From an uncultured Pelagibacteraceae bacterium (GTDB lineage: Bacteria > Pseudomonadota > Alphaproteobacteria > Pelagibacterales > Pelagibacteraceae): a stretch of DNA of 64,000 bases. The position numbers and the translations under genes were made by a program. Under the pieces are notes generated by a model, which ran no database searches, had not been told where the DNA came from, and worked only from the letters and a program-made list of their open reading frames with translations. Below are positions 31,222 to 41,490 of this stretch, piece by piece. Every line of letters starts with the position of its first letter. Within the stretch, counting starts at the first letter, position 1. The stretch covers positions 2,501 to 66,500 of the forward strand of contig CACJRJ010000002.1 in the NCBI GenBank assembly GCA_902595725.1, in the 5' to 3' direction.

Positions 31222-32100
31222 ATGAAAATTTCTAATTTTACTAAAGGTTTAATCTCCACATCAACAGGTTCTTTTTTTTGGGGTTTTCTAGGTACAATAT
31301 ATTTCCAATATATTTCTTTTATTGGATTTTGGGAAGTTGTCGTTCATAGGTCATTTTGGACTTTAGTAATATTATTAATCACAACAACCCTGCTAAAAAA
31401 ATGGAATCTTTTTAAAAAAATATTATACGATTTTAAAAAAGTAACTATTTTATTTATTACTGGTTTGTTAATACTTGGAAACTGGACACTGTGGATTTAT
31501 GCAGTTTCAACAGATAAAATTATTGATTCGAGTTTTGGTTATTTTATATTTCCAATTTTAAGTGTTTTTTTAGGATTTCTTTTTTTAAATGAAAAGTTAA
31601 ATAAACAAAGAATTATATCAATTTTGTTAGTTGCAGTATCAACTTTATATTTATTATTTAATATGAGTTCACTACCTTGGGTTGGACTAGGTGTAGCTTT
31701 TTTATGGAGTGCATATAATTTACTTAGAAAAAAAATTAATGTTGAAACTGATATAGGTTTATTGATTGAAAGTTTGTTTATTCTTCCGATTATTGGAATC
31801 ATTTTATATTATATTGTTGTAACTGATAATAACGATTTTGTTATTCAAAACTTAAGCCTTGCAAGCTTAATAATATTGGCAGGACCAATGACTTTAATTC
31901 CATTATTTTTATATGTTAAAGGGGTTGAATTAGCAGGTTTAGGACCTTCTGGTATGGTTTTTTTTATTGTACCAACAGGTCAGTTTTTACTTGGTTTCTT
32001 TTATTTTAATGAACCTTTTTCAACAGACAAGTTCATAAGTTTTATTTTTATATGGATTGCTGTATTAATTTATTTAAGAGATTTGTATGAAAACAATTAA
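31222..32100 (+). CDS. rarD: RarD-like EamA/DMT transporter
   Basis: GNWTLWIYAV, SSFGYFIFP, YNLLRKK, PTGQFLLG...EPF. Confidence 0.85.
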   Translation: MKISNFTKGLISTSTGSFFWGFLGTIYFQYISFIGFWEVVVHRSFWTLVILLITTTLLKKWNLFKKILYDFKKVTILFITGLLILGNWTLWIYAVSTDKIIDSSFGYFIFPILSVFLGFLFLNEKLNKQRIISILLVAVSTLYLLFNMSSLPWVGLGVAFLWSAYNLLRKKINVETDIGLLIESLFILPIIGIILYYIVVTDNNDFVIQNLSLASLIILAGPMTLIPLFLYVKGVELAGLGPSGMVFFIVPTGQFLLGFFYFNEPFSTDKFISFIFIWIAVLIYLRDLYENN

Positions 32101-33085
32101 TAATATAATTTGTATCGCTTTAATCTCACTTATCGGAATTAACAATGCTCTAGCAGATGATTTTGATAGTTGGCTAACTTTGTTTAGGGATTATGCAATA
32201 AAAAATGGAATATCTAAAAAAACATTAGATAACACGTTGTCAAAAGTTAAATTTCTACCAAAGGTTATACAATATGATAGATATCAACCAGAGTTTTATG
32301 AAGACACAAATACTTATATAACTAAAAGAACTTCTAACGAAAAAGTTAAGAAGGGTAAGAATTTATTTATAGAAAACAGTTCCCTAATACTAAATGTTGA
32401 ATCAAAATTTAATGTTGAAAAAGAACTTCTCCTATCACTTATGGGCATAGAAACTAATTTTGGAAAATACTTAGGAAAAATGGATATATTGTCATCATTA
32501 GCTACGTTAAGTTTTGATAAAAGACGAAGTGAATTTTTTACAAATGAACTGATAATCGTTTTAAAACTAATCGATGTAGGCATTATAGATAGCAACGTAT
32601 TGTACGGATCATGGGCAGGTGCATTCGGTAATTTTCAATTTATGCCATCAACTATAAAAAATTATGCAATAGATTATAACAATGACGATTTAATTGACCT
32701 TAAATCAAACGAGGATTCATTCGCTTCAGCTGCTAATTACATTAATAAATTAGGTTGGAAAAAAAAAAGTCCATGTTTTTATAAAATTCAATTAAAAGAA
32801 AATATTCCCATTAAGTATCTTAATACATCAGCAAAAAAAATTAATAATAAAAAAAAATTTAAATATTTTAAAAAATATATAGTTAATAACGAAAATATTA
32901 ATGTAGATGATGACTTAGTTACTGGAATAATTACTCCTGATAGAGAAATAGTAGAAAATTCAAAATTATTAGAGCCGGCATATTTAATTTTTGATAATTA
33001 TGAACTAATATTAAAATGGAATAGATCTTTAAGATTTGCACTGGCTGTATGTACATTAAAGGATAAAATTAAAAATGAACTATAA
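32087..33085 (+). CDS. Lytic murein transglycosylase, MltB family
   Basis: DRYQPEF, GIETNFG, GSWAGAFGNFQFMPS, ASAANY, WNRS. Confidence 0.92.
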   Translation: MKTINNIICIALISLIGINNALADDFDSWLTLFRDYAIKNGISKKTLDNTLSKVKFLPKVIQYDRYQPEFYEDTNTYITKRTSNEKVKKGKNLFIENSSLILNVESKFNVEKELLLSLMGIETNFGKYLGKMDILSSLATLSFDKRRSEFFTNELIIVLKLIDVGIIDSNVLYGSWAGAFGNFQFMPSTIKNYAIDYNNDDLIDLKSNEDSFASAANYINKLGWKKKSPCFYKIQLKENIPIKYLNTSAKKINNKKKFKYFKKYIVNNENINVDDDLVTGIITPDREIVENSKLLEPAYLIFDNYELILKWNRSLRFALAVCTLKDKIKNEL

Positions 33086-33830
33086 AATCCACATATTTTT
33101 ATTTTTATTTTTGTTTTCATGTACAACAAATAATATAAATAAAAAAGATACCGATGTTGTTCAACATATTGATGTGTTTTCTTCAAAAGGATTTGCTTTA
33201 GTTTTTAATGATGATTTAAAAAAAAAAAGAATAGTAAACAAAAATTTAGAAAATAGATCACTGTTAATTTTTCAAAAAAATTTAAAAAAAGATACAAGTG
33301 TTAAAATTACCAACCTTTTAAATAATAAATCTATTTTAGTAAAAGTTGGGCAAAATTCTAAATATCCAGAATTTTATAATTCAGTTATTTCTCAAAGAAT
33401 ATTTAAAGAACTAGATCTAAATCATGAAGAACCTTATGTTGAAATTTCTACAATTTCTGTAAATTCAACATTCGTAGCCAAAAAAGCTAAAATTTATGAT
33501 GAAGAAAAAGAGGTTGCGGATAAGGCTCCTGTAGATGGTATAAGTATAAGTGATTTAAGTAAAAATAAGAAAAAAATAAAAAAAAGTAAAAAAATAGATA
33601 ATTTTAATTATATTATTAAATTGGCAGATTTTTATTATGAAAATAGTGCCAAAATGATGCAAAAAAGAATAAAAGATGAACTTAATCTAAATAACGCAAG
33701 AATTATTAAAATTTCAAATACTATTTATAGAGTTTATTTTGGACCTTATGATAATTTAAAATCATTAAAAAAAGCTTTTGATGATATAAGTCCTTTAAAT
33801 TTTGAAAATATAGAGATTATTAAATTATGA
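33075..33830 (+). CDS. RlpA-like lipoprotein with degenerate DPBB domain and C-terminal SPOR domain
   Basis: Lipobox LFSC, VKITNLLNNKSILVKV, YRVYFGPY; mltB-rlpA-dac synteny. Confidence 0.75.
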   Translation: MNYKIHIFLFLFLFSCTTNNINKKDTDVVQHIDVFSSKGFALVFNDDLKKKRIVNKNLENRSLLIFQKNLKKDTSVKITNLLNNKSILVKVGQNSKYPEFYNSVISQRIFKELDLNHEEPYVEISTISVNSTFVAKKAKIYDEEKEVADKAPVDGISISDLSKNKKKIKKSKKIDNFNYIIKLADFYYENSAKMMQKRIKDELNLNNARIIKISNTIYRVYFGPYDNLKSLKKAFDDISPLNFENIEIIKL

Positions 33831-34984
33831 AAAAAAAATTCTTAATATCAATAGTTATAATTTTAAGTTTTTTAACAACAAAATCTTATACTGCTGAATT
33901 TGACGTAAAAGCCAAAACAGCTATTTTACAAGATTATTTATCTGGAGAAATACTTTTTGAAAAAGAACCTGATTTACAAATATTTCCTGCTTCAATGACA
34001 AAAATAATGACTTCAATAATTGCTTTTGAGCTGATTAAAAACGGCCAGTTATCACTTGAAGATAAATTTTTTGTTTCTGAGAACGCATGGAGACTATCTC
34101 AAGCCGGCTATTCATCAATGTTTATAATGGTTGGTGATCAAATATCTGTTGATAATCTTTTAAAAGGAATAATAATTTCTTCAGGAAATGATGCTTGTGT
34201 AGCATTAGCCGAAGGCATAGCTGGTACAGAAGAAGAATTTGCTATCATGATGACTTCAAAAGCTAAAGAAATTGGAATGACTAATACAAATTTTGCAAAT
34301 TCATCAGGAATAAATCATCCTGATAACTTATCGACAGTAAAAGATATATTAATTATGTCGAACTACTTAATTAAAAACTATCCTGAATTTTATAAAGAAT
34401 TTAAAGTAAAAGAATTTACATGGGATAGAACTGGTGGAGATCCAATTACTCAAGGAAATAGGAATCCACTTTTATATAAAAATATTGGAGCCGATGGAAT
34501 TAAAACAGGTTTTCTTGCTTATGAAAAATATTCACTAGCAGCCTCTATACTTAGAGGAGAAAGAAGATTAATTTCTGTTGGCAGTGGTTTTACAACAAGA
34601 AACCAAAGATCTAAGGAATCGCTAAAGCTTTTAACATGGGGGTTAACTAATTTTGATACTATTGAAATAGCCAAAAAAAATTCAAAATTTCTTGAATTAG
34701 ATGTCTGGTTAGGAAGAAAAGATAAAGTAGGAATCTATTCTGATATTGATATTTATAAAACAATAAAAAAAGCTAGATTAAAAAAATTAGAAACAAAAAT
34801 TATATACAATGGACCAATAGAAGCACCAATTAAAAAAGGTGATAAATTAGCAAAATTAATAATTAATTATGATGGCAATTTATTATCTGAGCATGATCTT
34901 ATGGCTTTAGAAAGCGTAAAAAGAATGAATATTTTATCTAGAATTTTAAAGTCAATAAATTATTTAATTTGGGGTGATGTATAA
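33827..34984 (+). CDS. D-alanyl-D-alanine carboxypeptidase, PBP5/6 family
   Basis: SMTK, SGN and KTG motifs. Confidence 0.95.
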   Translation: MKKKFLISIVIILSFLTTKSYTAEFDVKAKTAILQDYLSGEILFEKEPDLQIFPASMTKIMTSIIAFELIKNGQLSLEDKFFVSENAWRLSQAGYSSMFIMVGDQISVDNLLKGIIISSGNDACVALAEGIAGTEEEFAIMMTSKAKEIGMTNTNFANSSGINHPDNLSTVKDILIMSNYLIKNYPEFYKEFKVKEFTWDRTGGDPITQGNRNPLLYKNIGADGIKTGFLAYEKYSLAASILRGERRLISVGSGFTTRNQRSKESLKLLTWGLTNFDTIEIAKKNSKFLELDVWLGRKDKVGIYSDIDIYKTIKKARLKKLETKIIYNGPIEAPIKKGDKLAKLIINYDGNLLSEHDLMALESVKRMNILSRILKSINYLIWGDV

Positions 34985-35591
34985 ATATCCTATCATAGTT
35001 TTTGAAGGCATAGAGGGCTCAGGAAAAAGCTTTCATATTAAAAAAATTGAAAAATATTTAAAAAAAAAAAAAATTAAATTTATAAAACTACGTGAACCTG
35101 GTGGATCAATTAACTCTGAAAAAATTAGAAGAATAATTTTAAATAATAATTCTAATTTTCATAAACTCACAGATCTTTTTTTGTATATGGCTTCAAGAAA
35201 TGAAAATGTACAAAATATCATTAAAAAAAATTATAAAAAAAGAGTAATTCTAATTGACAGATTTAAGGATTCCACTTTGGCTTATCAACATTTTGGTATG
35301 AATATTAATAAAAAAATAATTAACAATTTAAACAAAATTGTTTTAAAAAGTATTGAACCAAATTTTACCTTTTTAAATATTGTAAGTATGAAAAATCTTA
35401 AACTAAGAATTAACAAAAGAAAAAAAAATAGATATGATAGATTTAATCATAATTTTTACAACAAAGTGCAAAAAGGTTATATAAAATTATCCAAAAATAA
35501 AAAAAAATATATGATTATAGATTCAAACGAAAATATTTTAAAAAATAAGATAAAAATTTTAAAAAAAATTAATTCACTTTTATCAATATGA
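34977..35591 (+). CDS. tmk: Thymidylate kinase
   Basis: FEGIEGSGKS, REPGGS, DRFKDSTLAYQ. Confidence 0.95.
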   Translation: MYKYPIIVFEGIEGSGKSFHIKKIEKYLKKKKIKFIKLREPGGSINSEKIRRIILNNNSNFHKLTDLFLYMASRNENVQNIIKKNYKKRVILIDRFKDSTLAYQHFGMNINKKIINNLNKIVLKSIEPNFTFLNIVSMKNLKLRINKRKKNRYDRFNHNFYNKVQKGYIKLSKNKKKYMIIDSNENILKNKIKILKKINSLLSI

Positions 35592-36523
35592 ATTTAACAT
35601 CTTCTAATAATATTAATTTATATGGTTATAATAAATATCTACTTAATTTAATTGAATTATTTAAAAAAGATTCACTCCCCAAAAAAATAATTTTTTCTGG
35701 GAATAGTGGAATTGGAAAATGCACTTTAGCTTATCACCTAATTAATTATATTTTTTCTATAAATGAGAAAAATAAATATAATGTAGAGAAAAACTATATT
35801 TTTAATGATAACCATTCATATAATTTAGTTACAAAAAATACACACCCAAATTTTTTTTTAATCACGAACGATGACGATAAAATGAATATTCAAGTTTCTA
35901 AAGTTAGAGAAATGATTGAATTTTCTAATAAATCTTCATTTAATGGAGAATGTAAGATAATTTTAATTGATAATCTTGAATATCTAAATACAAAATCTGT
36001 AAATTCATTGCTTAAGATAATTGAAGAACCTAATACTAATATATATTTTTTTTTAATACATAATAGCAAACAACCAATTTTGGAAACATTGAAATCACGG
36101 TGTATTAAATATAATTTGTTCTTAAATTATAATGAAAGTTTAAGTATTATTAATAAATTGTTAAAAAACGATTTTTATCAAAATCTAAATGAAGATTTTA
36201 AAAATTACTATAATTCACCAGGCGATATAATTAAATTATTTAATTTTTTTCAAAACAATGAAATTGATGAAAAAATAACTATAGAAGAGCTTTTAAATCT
36301 AATAATTAATAAATTTTTATATAAAAAAGACACTTATTTAAAAACAAATATTTCTTTGTTTATTGAAATTTATTTTAAAAAAAAAATTAATTATTTAACC
36401 TCAAAAGATAAGATTTATTACTTTTATAAATATTTTTTATTAAAAATATCTGAATGTAATGAATATAACTTAGATTTAGAAAGTGTGCTAATTGAATTTA
36501 AAGGAAAGATTTTAAATGGATAA
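35588..36523 (+). CDS. holB: DNA polymerase III delta' subunit
   Basis: GNSGIGK, HPNF, NSLLKIIEEP, TLKSRC; tmk-holB-metG synteny. Confidence 0.88.
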   Translation: MNLTSSNNINLYGYNKYLLNLIELFKKDSLPKKIIFSGNSGIGKCTLAYHLINYIFSINEKNKYNVEKNYIFNDNHSYNLVTKNTHPNFFLITNDDDKMNIQVSKVREMIEFSNKSSFNGECKIILIDNLEYLNTKSVNSLLKIIEEPNTNIYFFLIHNSKQPILETLKSRCIKYNLFLNYNESLSIINKLLKNDFYQNLNEDFKNYYNSPGDIIKLFNFFQNNEIDEKITIEELLNLIINKFLYKKDTYLKTNISLFIEIYFKKKINYLTSKDKIYYFYKYFLLKISECNEYNLDLESVLIEFKGKILNG

Positions 36524-38054
36524 AAACTTTTATATTACTACTCCAATATATTATCCATCTGCTAAGCCTCATATGGGACATGCTTATTCAAGCATAGTAG
36601 CTGATTTTTTTGCTCGATTTAAAAGAATTCAAGGTTATAAAGTTTTCTTTTTGACTGGTACAGATGAACATGGTCAAAAAATACAAAGAGCAGCTGAAAA
36701 AAAGGGCATGGAACCAAAAGCTTTTTGCGATGAAATTTCTAAGACTTTTTTTGATTTATCAAAAACTTTAAATCTTTCCAATGATGATTTTATTAGAACA
36801 ACTGAAGATAGACATAGAAAATCTGTTGAAAATTTATGGAATATTTTAGAAAATAAAAATGAAATTTATCTATCCAAATATTCAGGATGGTATTCTGTAT
36901 CTGATGAAGCTTTCTACTCAGAAGATGAAATAGAAACTAAAGATGGAAATAAAATCTCTAAAATATCTGGCTCTCAAGTTGAGTGGGTAGAAGAAGAATC
37001 TTTTTTTTTTAAACTTTCAAATTGGCAAGAAAAATTATTAAATTTTTATAATGATAATCCAGATTTTATTTTGCCAGAGTCTAGAAAAAATGAAGTTGTT
37101 AGTTTTGTAAAAAGTGGTTTAAAAGATTTATCAGTAAGCAGGAAATCTTTCTCTTGGGGTATTAAGGTTCCTTCAAACAAAGATCATGTAATATATGTAT
37201 GGCTAGACGCACTAACAAATTATATTAGCGCACTAAATTATCCTAACATTGATGATAATTTATATAAATCGTACTGGCCTGCTTCATTACATTTAATTGG
37301 AAAAGATATATTGCGATTTCATGCAATATATTGGCCAGCATTTCTTCTAGCAGCTGATATACAACCTCCTAAAAGAGTTTACGGCCACGGATGGATACTT
37401 TCAGGAGAGGAAAAAATGTCCAAATCTAAGGGCAATATATTAGATCCAATTGAAATTATTGAAACTTATGGTTTAGATCCATTAAGGTATTATCTAATAA
37501 AAGAAGTATCATTTGGAAATGATGGAAATATATCACAAGAAAAGTTAGAAAATTGCATCAATAGTGATCTAGCAAATAACTATGGAAATCTATGTCAAAG
37601 AGTTATTTCTTTTATAGAAAAAAATTTGGATTTAAAAATACCAGAAAAATATGTTTTGAAAGATGAAGATTTAAAAATTTTAAAAGTTTATGAAAATCTC
37701 TTCGACAAATTAGTAGATTCTATTGACAAACAAAACATTAATTTTTATGTTAATTTCATTCAAGAGCAACTTTTTGCAGCAAATAAATATTTTAATGATC
37801 AAGAACCTTGGAAAAAAAAAGAAGATTTAATAAGATTAAATACAATTTTATACGTTTCCTTAGAACTGATAAGAAAAATATCAATTATGCTTTATCCTAT
37901 TATTCCAAATAGTTCATTGAAAGCTTTAAAAATATTTAATATCACAGAGGACACTATTGATTTTAATTCGATTAAGTATCATGAAATTTTAAAAATTAAT
38001 GATAAGTTAAATAAGATCTCAATATTATTTAAAAAAATTGAAAACTATGATTGA
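36516..38054 (+). CDS. metG: Methionine--tRNA ligase
   Basis: PHMGH, GTDEHGQK, YVWLDAL, KMSKS. Confidence 0.98.
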   Translation: MDKNFYITTPIYYPSAKPHMGHAYSSIVADFFARFKRIQGYKVFFLTGTDEHGQKIQRAAEKKGMEPKAFCDEISKTFFDLSKTLNLSNDDFIRTTEDRHRKSVENLWNILENKNEIYLSKYSGWYSVSDEAFYSEDEIETKDGNKISKISGSQVEWVEEESFFFKLSNWQEKLLNFYNDNPDFILPESRKNEVVSFVKSGLKDLSVSRKSFSWGIKVPSNKDHVIYVWLDALTNYISALNYPNIDDNLYKSYWPASLHLIGKDILRFHAIYWPAFLLAADIQPPKRVYGHGWILSGEEKMSKSKGNILDPIEIIETYGLDPLRYYLIKEVSFGNDGNISQEKLENCINSDLANNYGNLCQRVISFIEKNLDLKIPEKYVLKDEDLKILKVYENLFDKLVDSIDKQNINFYVNFIQEQLFAANKYFNDQEPWKKKEDLIRLNTILYVSLELIRKISIMLYPIIPNSSLKALKIFNITEDTIDFNSIKYHEILKINDKLNKISILFKKIENYD

Positions 38055-38811
38055 TTCACATTGTCATTTAGATCAAGAGCCAATGTACAGCGATCTTAAG
38101 AATGTTATTTTAAGATCAAAAGAAGTAGGGATAGAAAAAATTTTATCTATTTGCACAACAAAAGAAAGCTTTAAAAAAATTATTGAAATTATTGAACTTG
38201 ACTCAATTATTTATGGTACTTATGGAATTCATCCACATGAGGCTGATGTAGATATAGTTTCAAAGAAAGAAATTATTGAAAATGTTAGTTTAAATAAGAA
38301 AATTATTGCTATTGGTGAAAGTGGATTAGATTTTTATTACAACCATAGCTCCCAGGAAAAACAAATATCTAGCTTTAAAAACCATATTGAAGCATCAATA
38401 GAATTAAATGTGCCTATTATTGTTCATTCAAGAAATGCAGAAAAAGAAACTTTTGATACATTAAATATTTATAAAAATGAAAAACCAAAAATTCTTATGC
38501 ATTGTTTTACTGGTTCAAGTGAATTTGCAAATAAATTGTTATTATTGGACAGTTACTTTTCTGCAAGCGGAATAATTACCTTTAAAAATAGTGAAGATCT
38601 TAGAAATACATTTAAAAGTCTACCAAATAATAAATTGTTAGTAGAGACTGATAGCCCTTATTTATCTCCAGTTCCATTCAGAGGAAAAAAAAATGAACCC
38701 AGTTTTATTAAGTACACAATAGAAAAACTTGCTGAAATTAAAAATAATGAAGTAGAAAAAATTAAACAAATTACTAATAACAATTTCAATAAATTATTTA
38801 ACTTGAATTAA
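38047..38811 (+). CDS. tatD: TatD family nuclease
   Basis: MIDSHCHLD, GIHPH, GESGLD, HCFTG, ETDSPYLSP. Confidence 0.95.
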   Translation: MIDSHCHLDQEPMYSDLKNVILRSKEVGIEKILSICTTKESFKKIIEIIELDSIIYGTYGIHPHEADVDIVSKKEIIENVSLNKKIIAIGESGLDFYYNHSSQEKQISSFKNHIEASIELNVPIIVHSRNAEKETFDTLNIYKNEKPKILMHCFTGSSEFANKLLLLDSYFSASGIITFKNSEDLRNTFKSLPNNKLLVETDSPYLSPVPFRGKKNEPSFIKYTIEKLAEIKNNEVEKIKQITNNNFNKLFNLN

Positions 38812-38812
38812 T

Positions 38813-39712
38813 ATGGAAATATATATCAAGTTATTCGAAGTATTATTTCCTGTTTTTTTTATAGTAGGAATAGGTTATTTTCTTGGAAAACAAAAATCAG
38901 ATATTGATACTACTTTTATAACCAATTATTCAGCTAATTTTGGGGCACCAGCACTATTTATTTTTGCCATTACCTCATCCGGCGTTACTTATGATGTATT
39001 TTCTGAATATTTTATTTATTCAGTAATTGCACTTTTTTGTTTTGCAGTAACAGGTGTTATTTTTTTATTTTTCATGAAGAAAGATATATCAAGAGAATTG
39101 CCACCTTTTTTTTTACCCAATACAGGTAATATGGGTATTCCAATTTGTTTATTTGCATATGGATCTTTGGGTATGGGTGTTGCTGCCGCTATATCATCGC
39201 TAGTCGTTCTATTACATTTTACTGTAAATATTTTCTTAGCTAGCAAAAAATTTGATATTAAAATTATTTTAAAAAGCCCTTCAACTTATGCAGTAATTAT
39301 TGCTGTTGCTTTTTTATATTTCGAACTAGTGATGCCAAAGTTTGTCTTAAATTCAGTAATGTTATTAGGTTATACTATGATTGTTTTAATTTTAATGTCC
39401 TTAGGTGTTTCATTGACTCAAATGAAAGTGTTCTCTTTAAAAAGTTCATTAATATCATCAGTAGGTAGAGTAATAGTTGGCCCGATCATAGGGTTTATGT
39501 TAATCAAAATATTTAATCTGTCTGGATATGCGGCCGGTGTTTTGTTAATTCAATCCGCAATGCCAAGTGCAATATTAACATATTTAATTGCTTCTATGTA
39601 CTCACCGAAAAAAATTGTAGATAACATATCAAGTATGATTGTTGTTTCGACTCTAATGTCTCTAGTAACTATACCAGTTATTGTCTTTATATCTTTAAAA
39701 TACTTTTCTTAA
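38813..39712 (+). CDS. AEC (auxin efflux carrier) family transporter
   Basis: PNTGNMGIP, QSAMPSA; about 10 TM segments. Confidence 0.88.
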   Translation: MEIYIKLFEVLFPVFFIVGIGYFLGKQKSDIDTTFITNYSANFGAPALFIFAITSSGVTYDVFSEYFIYSVIALFCFAVTGVIFLFFMKKDISRELPPFFLPNTGNMGIPICLFAYGSLGMGVAAAISSLVVLLHFTVNIFLASKKFDIKIILKSPSTYAVIIAVAFLYFELVMPKFVLNSVMLLGYTMIVLILMSLGVSLTQMKVFSLKSSLISSVGRVIVGPIIGFMLIKIFNLSGYAAGVLLIQSAMPSAILTYLIASMYSPKKIVDNISSMIVVSTLMSLVTIPVIVFISLKYFS

Positions 39713-40554
39713 TGAAAGCTATTGTTCTTAATTTGTCAGCATGGGCAATTTTGCCTTTTATGGATACTATTGCAAAATATTTGTCTGCTGAATTATCTTT
39801 TTTTCAAATTACTTGGGCTAGATATTTTTTTACAGTTTTTTGGACACTTCCTTTTATGTTTATTTTTTTTAGAAAAAATTTAACATTTTCTGAAAATCCA
39901 AAATTGCAAATTTTAAGAGGATTAACTCTTTTTTCTGCTAATATCTGTTTTTTCTACTCTATATCAATAATATCTATGGCTAAAGCTTTAACACTAGCTT
40001 TTGTTGCTCCTCTAGTAACGACAGCATTATCTCCAATTTTATTAGGAGAAAAAGTTGGAATAAAAAGATGGACAGCTGTTATAGTTGGATTTGTTGGATG
40101 TTTAGTTGTTATAAGACCTGGTTTTATAGAGTTTAATTTGGCAACTGTAGCTGCTTTGGGTACTGGCTGTCTTTATGGTGTTTATTTAATAATCACTAGA
40201 AAACTTCACTCAACAGATAATCCATTATTAACACTTTTGTTAACTGGTATAGTAGGGGCCACTGTATCAACATTCTTTGTACCAATAGTTTGGATCAATC
40301 CTTCTAATATACAGTGGCTATGGCTTGCTATAATGGGTATTTTTGCATGTTTAGGACATATTCTATTAATTTATTCATTAAGATATGCAGATGCTTCCAA
40401 ATTAGCTCCTTTTGGATATTTTGAGATTATAACTAATATAATATTGGGCTATTACATCTTTAAAGACTTTCCAGATTTATGGACTTTTTTAGGTTTGTTC
40501 ATTATCATAGCTTCAGGTGTTTATATATTTAGAAGGGAGCTTAAAAATAAGTAA
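39712..40554 (+). CDS. DMT/EamA family transporter
   Basis: LGEKVGIKRWTAVIVGFVG...IRPG, ASKLAPFGY. Confidence 0.9.
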   Translation: MKAIVLNLSAWAILPFMDTIAKYLSAELSFFQITWARYFFTVFWTLPFMFIFFRKNLTFSENPKLQILRGLTLFSANICFFYSISIISMAKALTLAFVAPLVTTALSPILLGEKVGIKRWTAVIVGFVGCLVVIRPGFIEFNLATVAALGTGCLYGVYLIITRKLHSTDNPLLTLLLTGIVGATVSTFFVPIVWINPSNIQWLWLAIMGIFACLGHILLIYSLRYADASKLAPFGYFEIITNIILGYYIFKDFPDLWTFLGLFIIIASGVYIFRRELKNK

Positions 40555-40580
40555 TTTTTTAATTTATATAACTTAATAAT

Positions 40581-40642
40581 TTACTTTAAGCTATTTATAT
40601 AAATAATTGTATTTATACAATATTTTTATAAACTTAAAGTAA
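40581..40642. repeat. Long imperfect AT-rich inverted repeat downstream of the DMT gene (possible terminator)
   Basis: TTACTTTAAG/CTTAAAGTAA outer arms with inner TTTATA/TATAAA and ATTGTA/TACAAT. Confidence 0.45.
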
Positions 40643-40986
40643 TACTTTAAATTAAGATTTTAGGTTATAATTATTATAAAAAAATATATAAAAGTTGACA
40701 AAATAGAAAAAAATAAAATAAAGCCTATAAATTAAGGGTTTTAGACACTAATATATTACTATAGACTGATCAATACATTTAACAACATTCATTACATCAA
40801 TTTATCACTATAAAACGAGGCTAAATAGACATTTTTTGTACGTCAAATAACTATTGATGAACTTAGATTATAGAGTGATGCATATATCGAATATAGCTAT
40901 TAAACGAGCATAGAAGGGGTTAATTTTACGATCTACTCATATACAGTACAACTAAAGGGAGAAATATAAATTTGAAGTTTAAATAT

Positions 40987-41008
40987 AACGTTTTTGTTAA
41001 AAAACGTT
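40987..41008 (-). terminator. Hairpin downstream of MGMT, putative terminator
   Basis: AACGTTTTT-GTTA-AAAAACGTT. Confidence 0.4.
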
Positions 41009-41022
41009 GATAATTAATGATT

Positions 41023-41298
41023 CTAGAGCGTAAAACCTTCCTTTTTTAATAGTTTTTTCTTGATTTTTTTGCCTCCTGGAGCAGAAAAGCCACCGAGAGT
41101 TCCATCGGATCTAATAACCCTATGACATGGTACTTTAGGTGAATATGGGTTCTTCCCGCATGCATTAGCTACAGCACGTGCAGATTTAGGCATTTTTATT
41201 CCTATAGCTACTTCTTTATAAGTTTTTACTTTACCTTTTGGTATTTTCATAAGGTATTTCCAGACTTTTATTTGAAATTTTGTACCTTTTAGGATCAT
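41023..41298 (-). CDS. ogt: Minimal O6-methylguanine-DNA methyltransferase (C-terminal domain only)
   Basis: Start reassigned to ATG at 41298: MILKGTKFQIKVW..IPKGKVKTY..RAVANACGKNP..VPCHRVI. The catalytic Cys is present. Confidence 0.88.
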   Translation of the reverse strand: MILKGTKFQIKVWKYLMKIPKGKVKTYKEVAIGIKMPKSARAVANACGKNPYSPKVPCHRVIRSDGTLGGFSAPGGKKIKKKLLKKEGFTL

Positions 41299-41302
41299 GT
41301 AA

Positions 41303-41490
41303 TAGAAAAACCCTGTTCCCTTGCACTTTTTACGGTGCAAAGAACAGTAGTTTTGACACGTCGTTGTATGCGCTACCGCCATGTCTTCCGCTCTGCATGT
41401 TTAGCGCTGCTTTGCAGAACTTTCTGCCCCCTGGGCTTGAACCTCTCGGTTTTTCCCCAATCGGCCAGTTAAGAGTTGCCTCTTAATTCA
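41303..41490 (-). ncRNA. GC-rich structured RNA upstream of MGMT (candidate marine SAR11 sRNA, possibly IMES-2-like)
   Basis: GC spike in an AT-rich genome; GCAA and GAGA (GNRA) tetraloop hairpins and a G-U wobble on the - strand; terminal stem followed by a T tract; TTGACA at 41513-41508. Confidence 0.75.

Noticed and set aside
41280-41486. 68 aa + strand ORF and the N-terminal extension of MGMT to 41382
   Set aside because: Both are explained by the GC-rich structured RNA having few stop codons; neither looks protein-like.
41303-41490. Group I intron or 6S RNA identity for the ncRNA
   Set aside because: Only superficial motifs (TTGGGGAAA, TGCAGAG, TTGAACC). I could not build a P7 helix, no host gene is interrupted, and there is no single long 6S-type rod.
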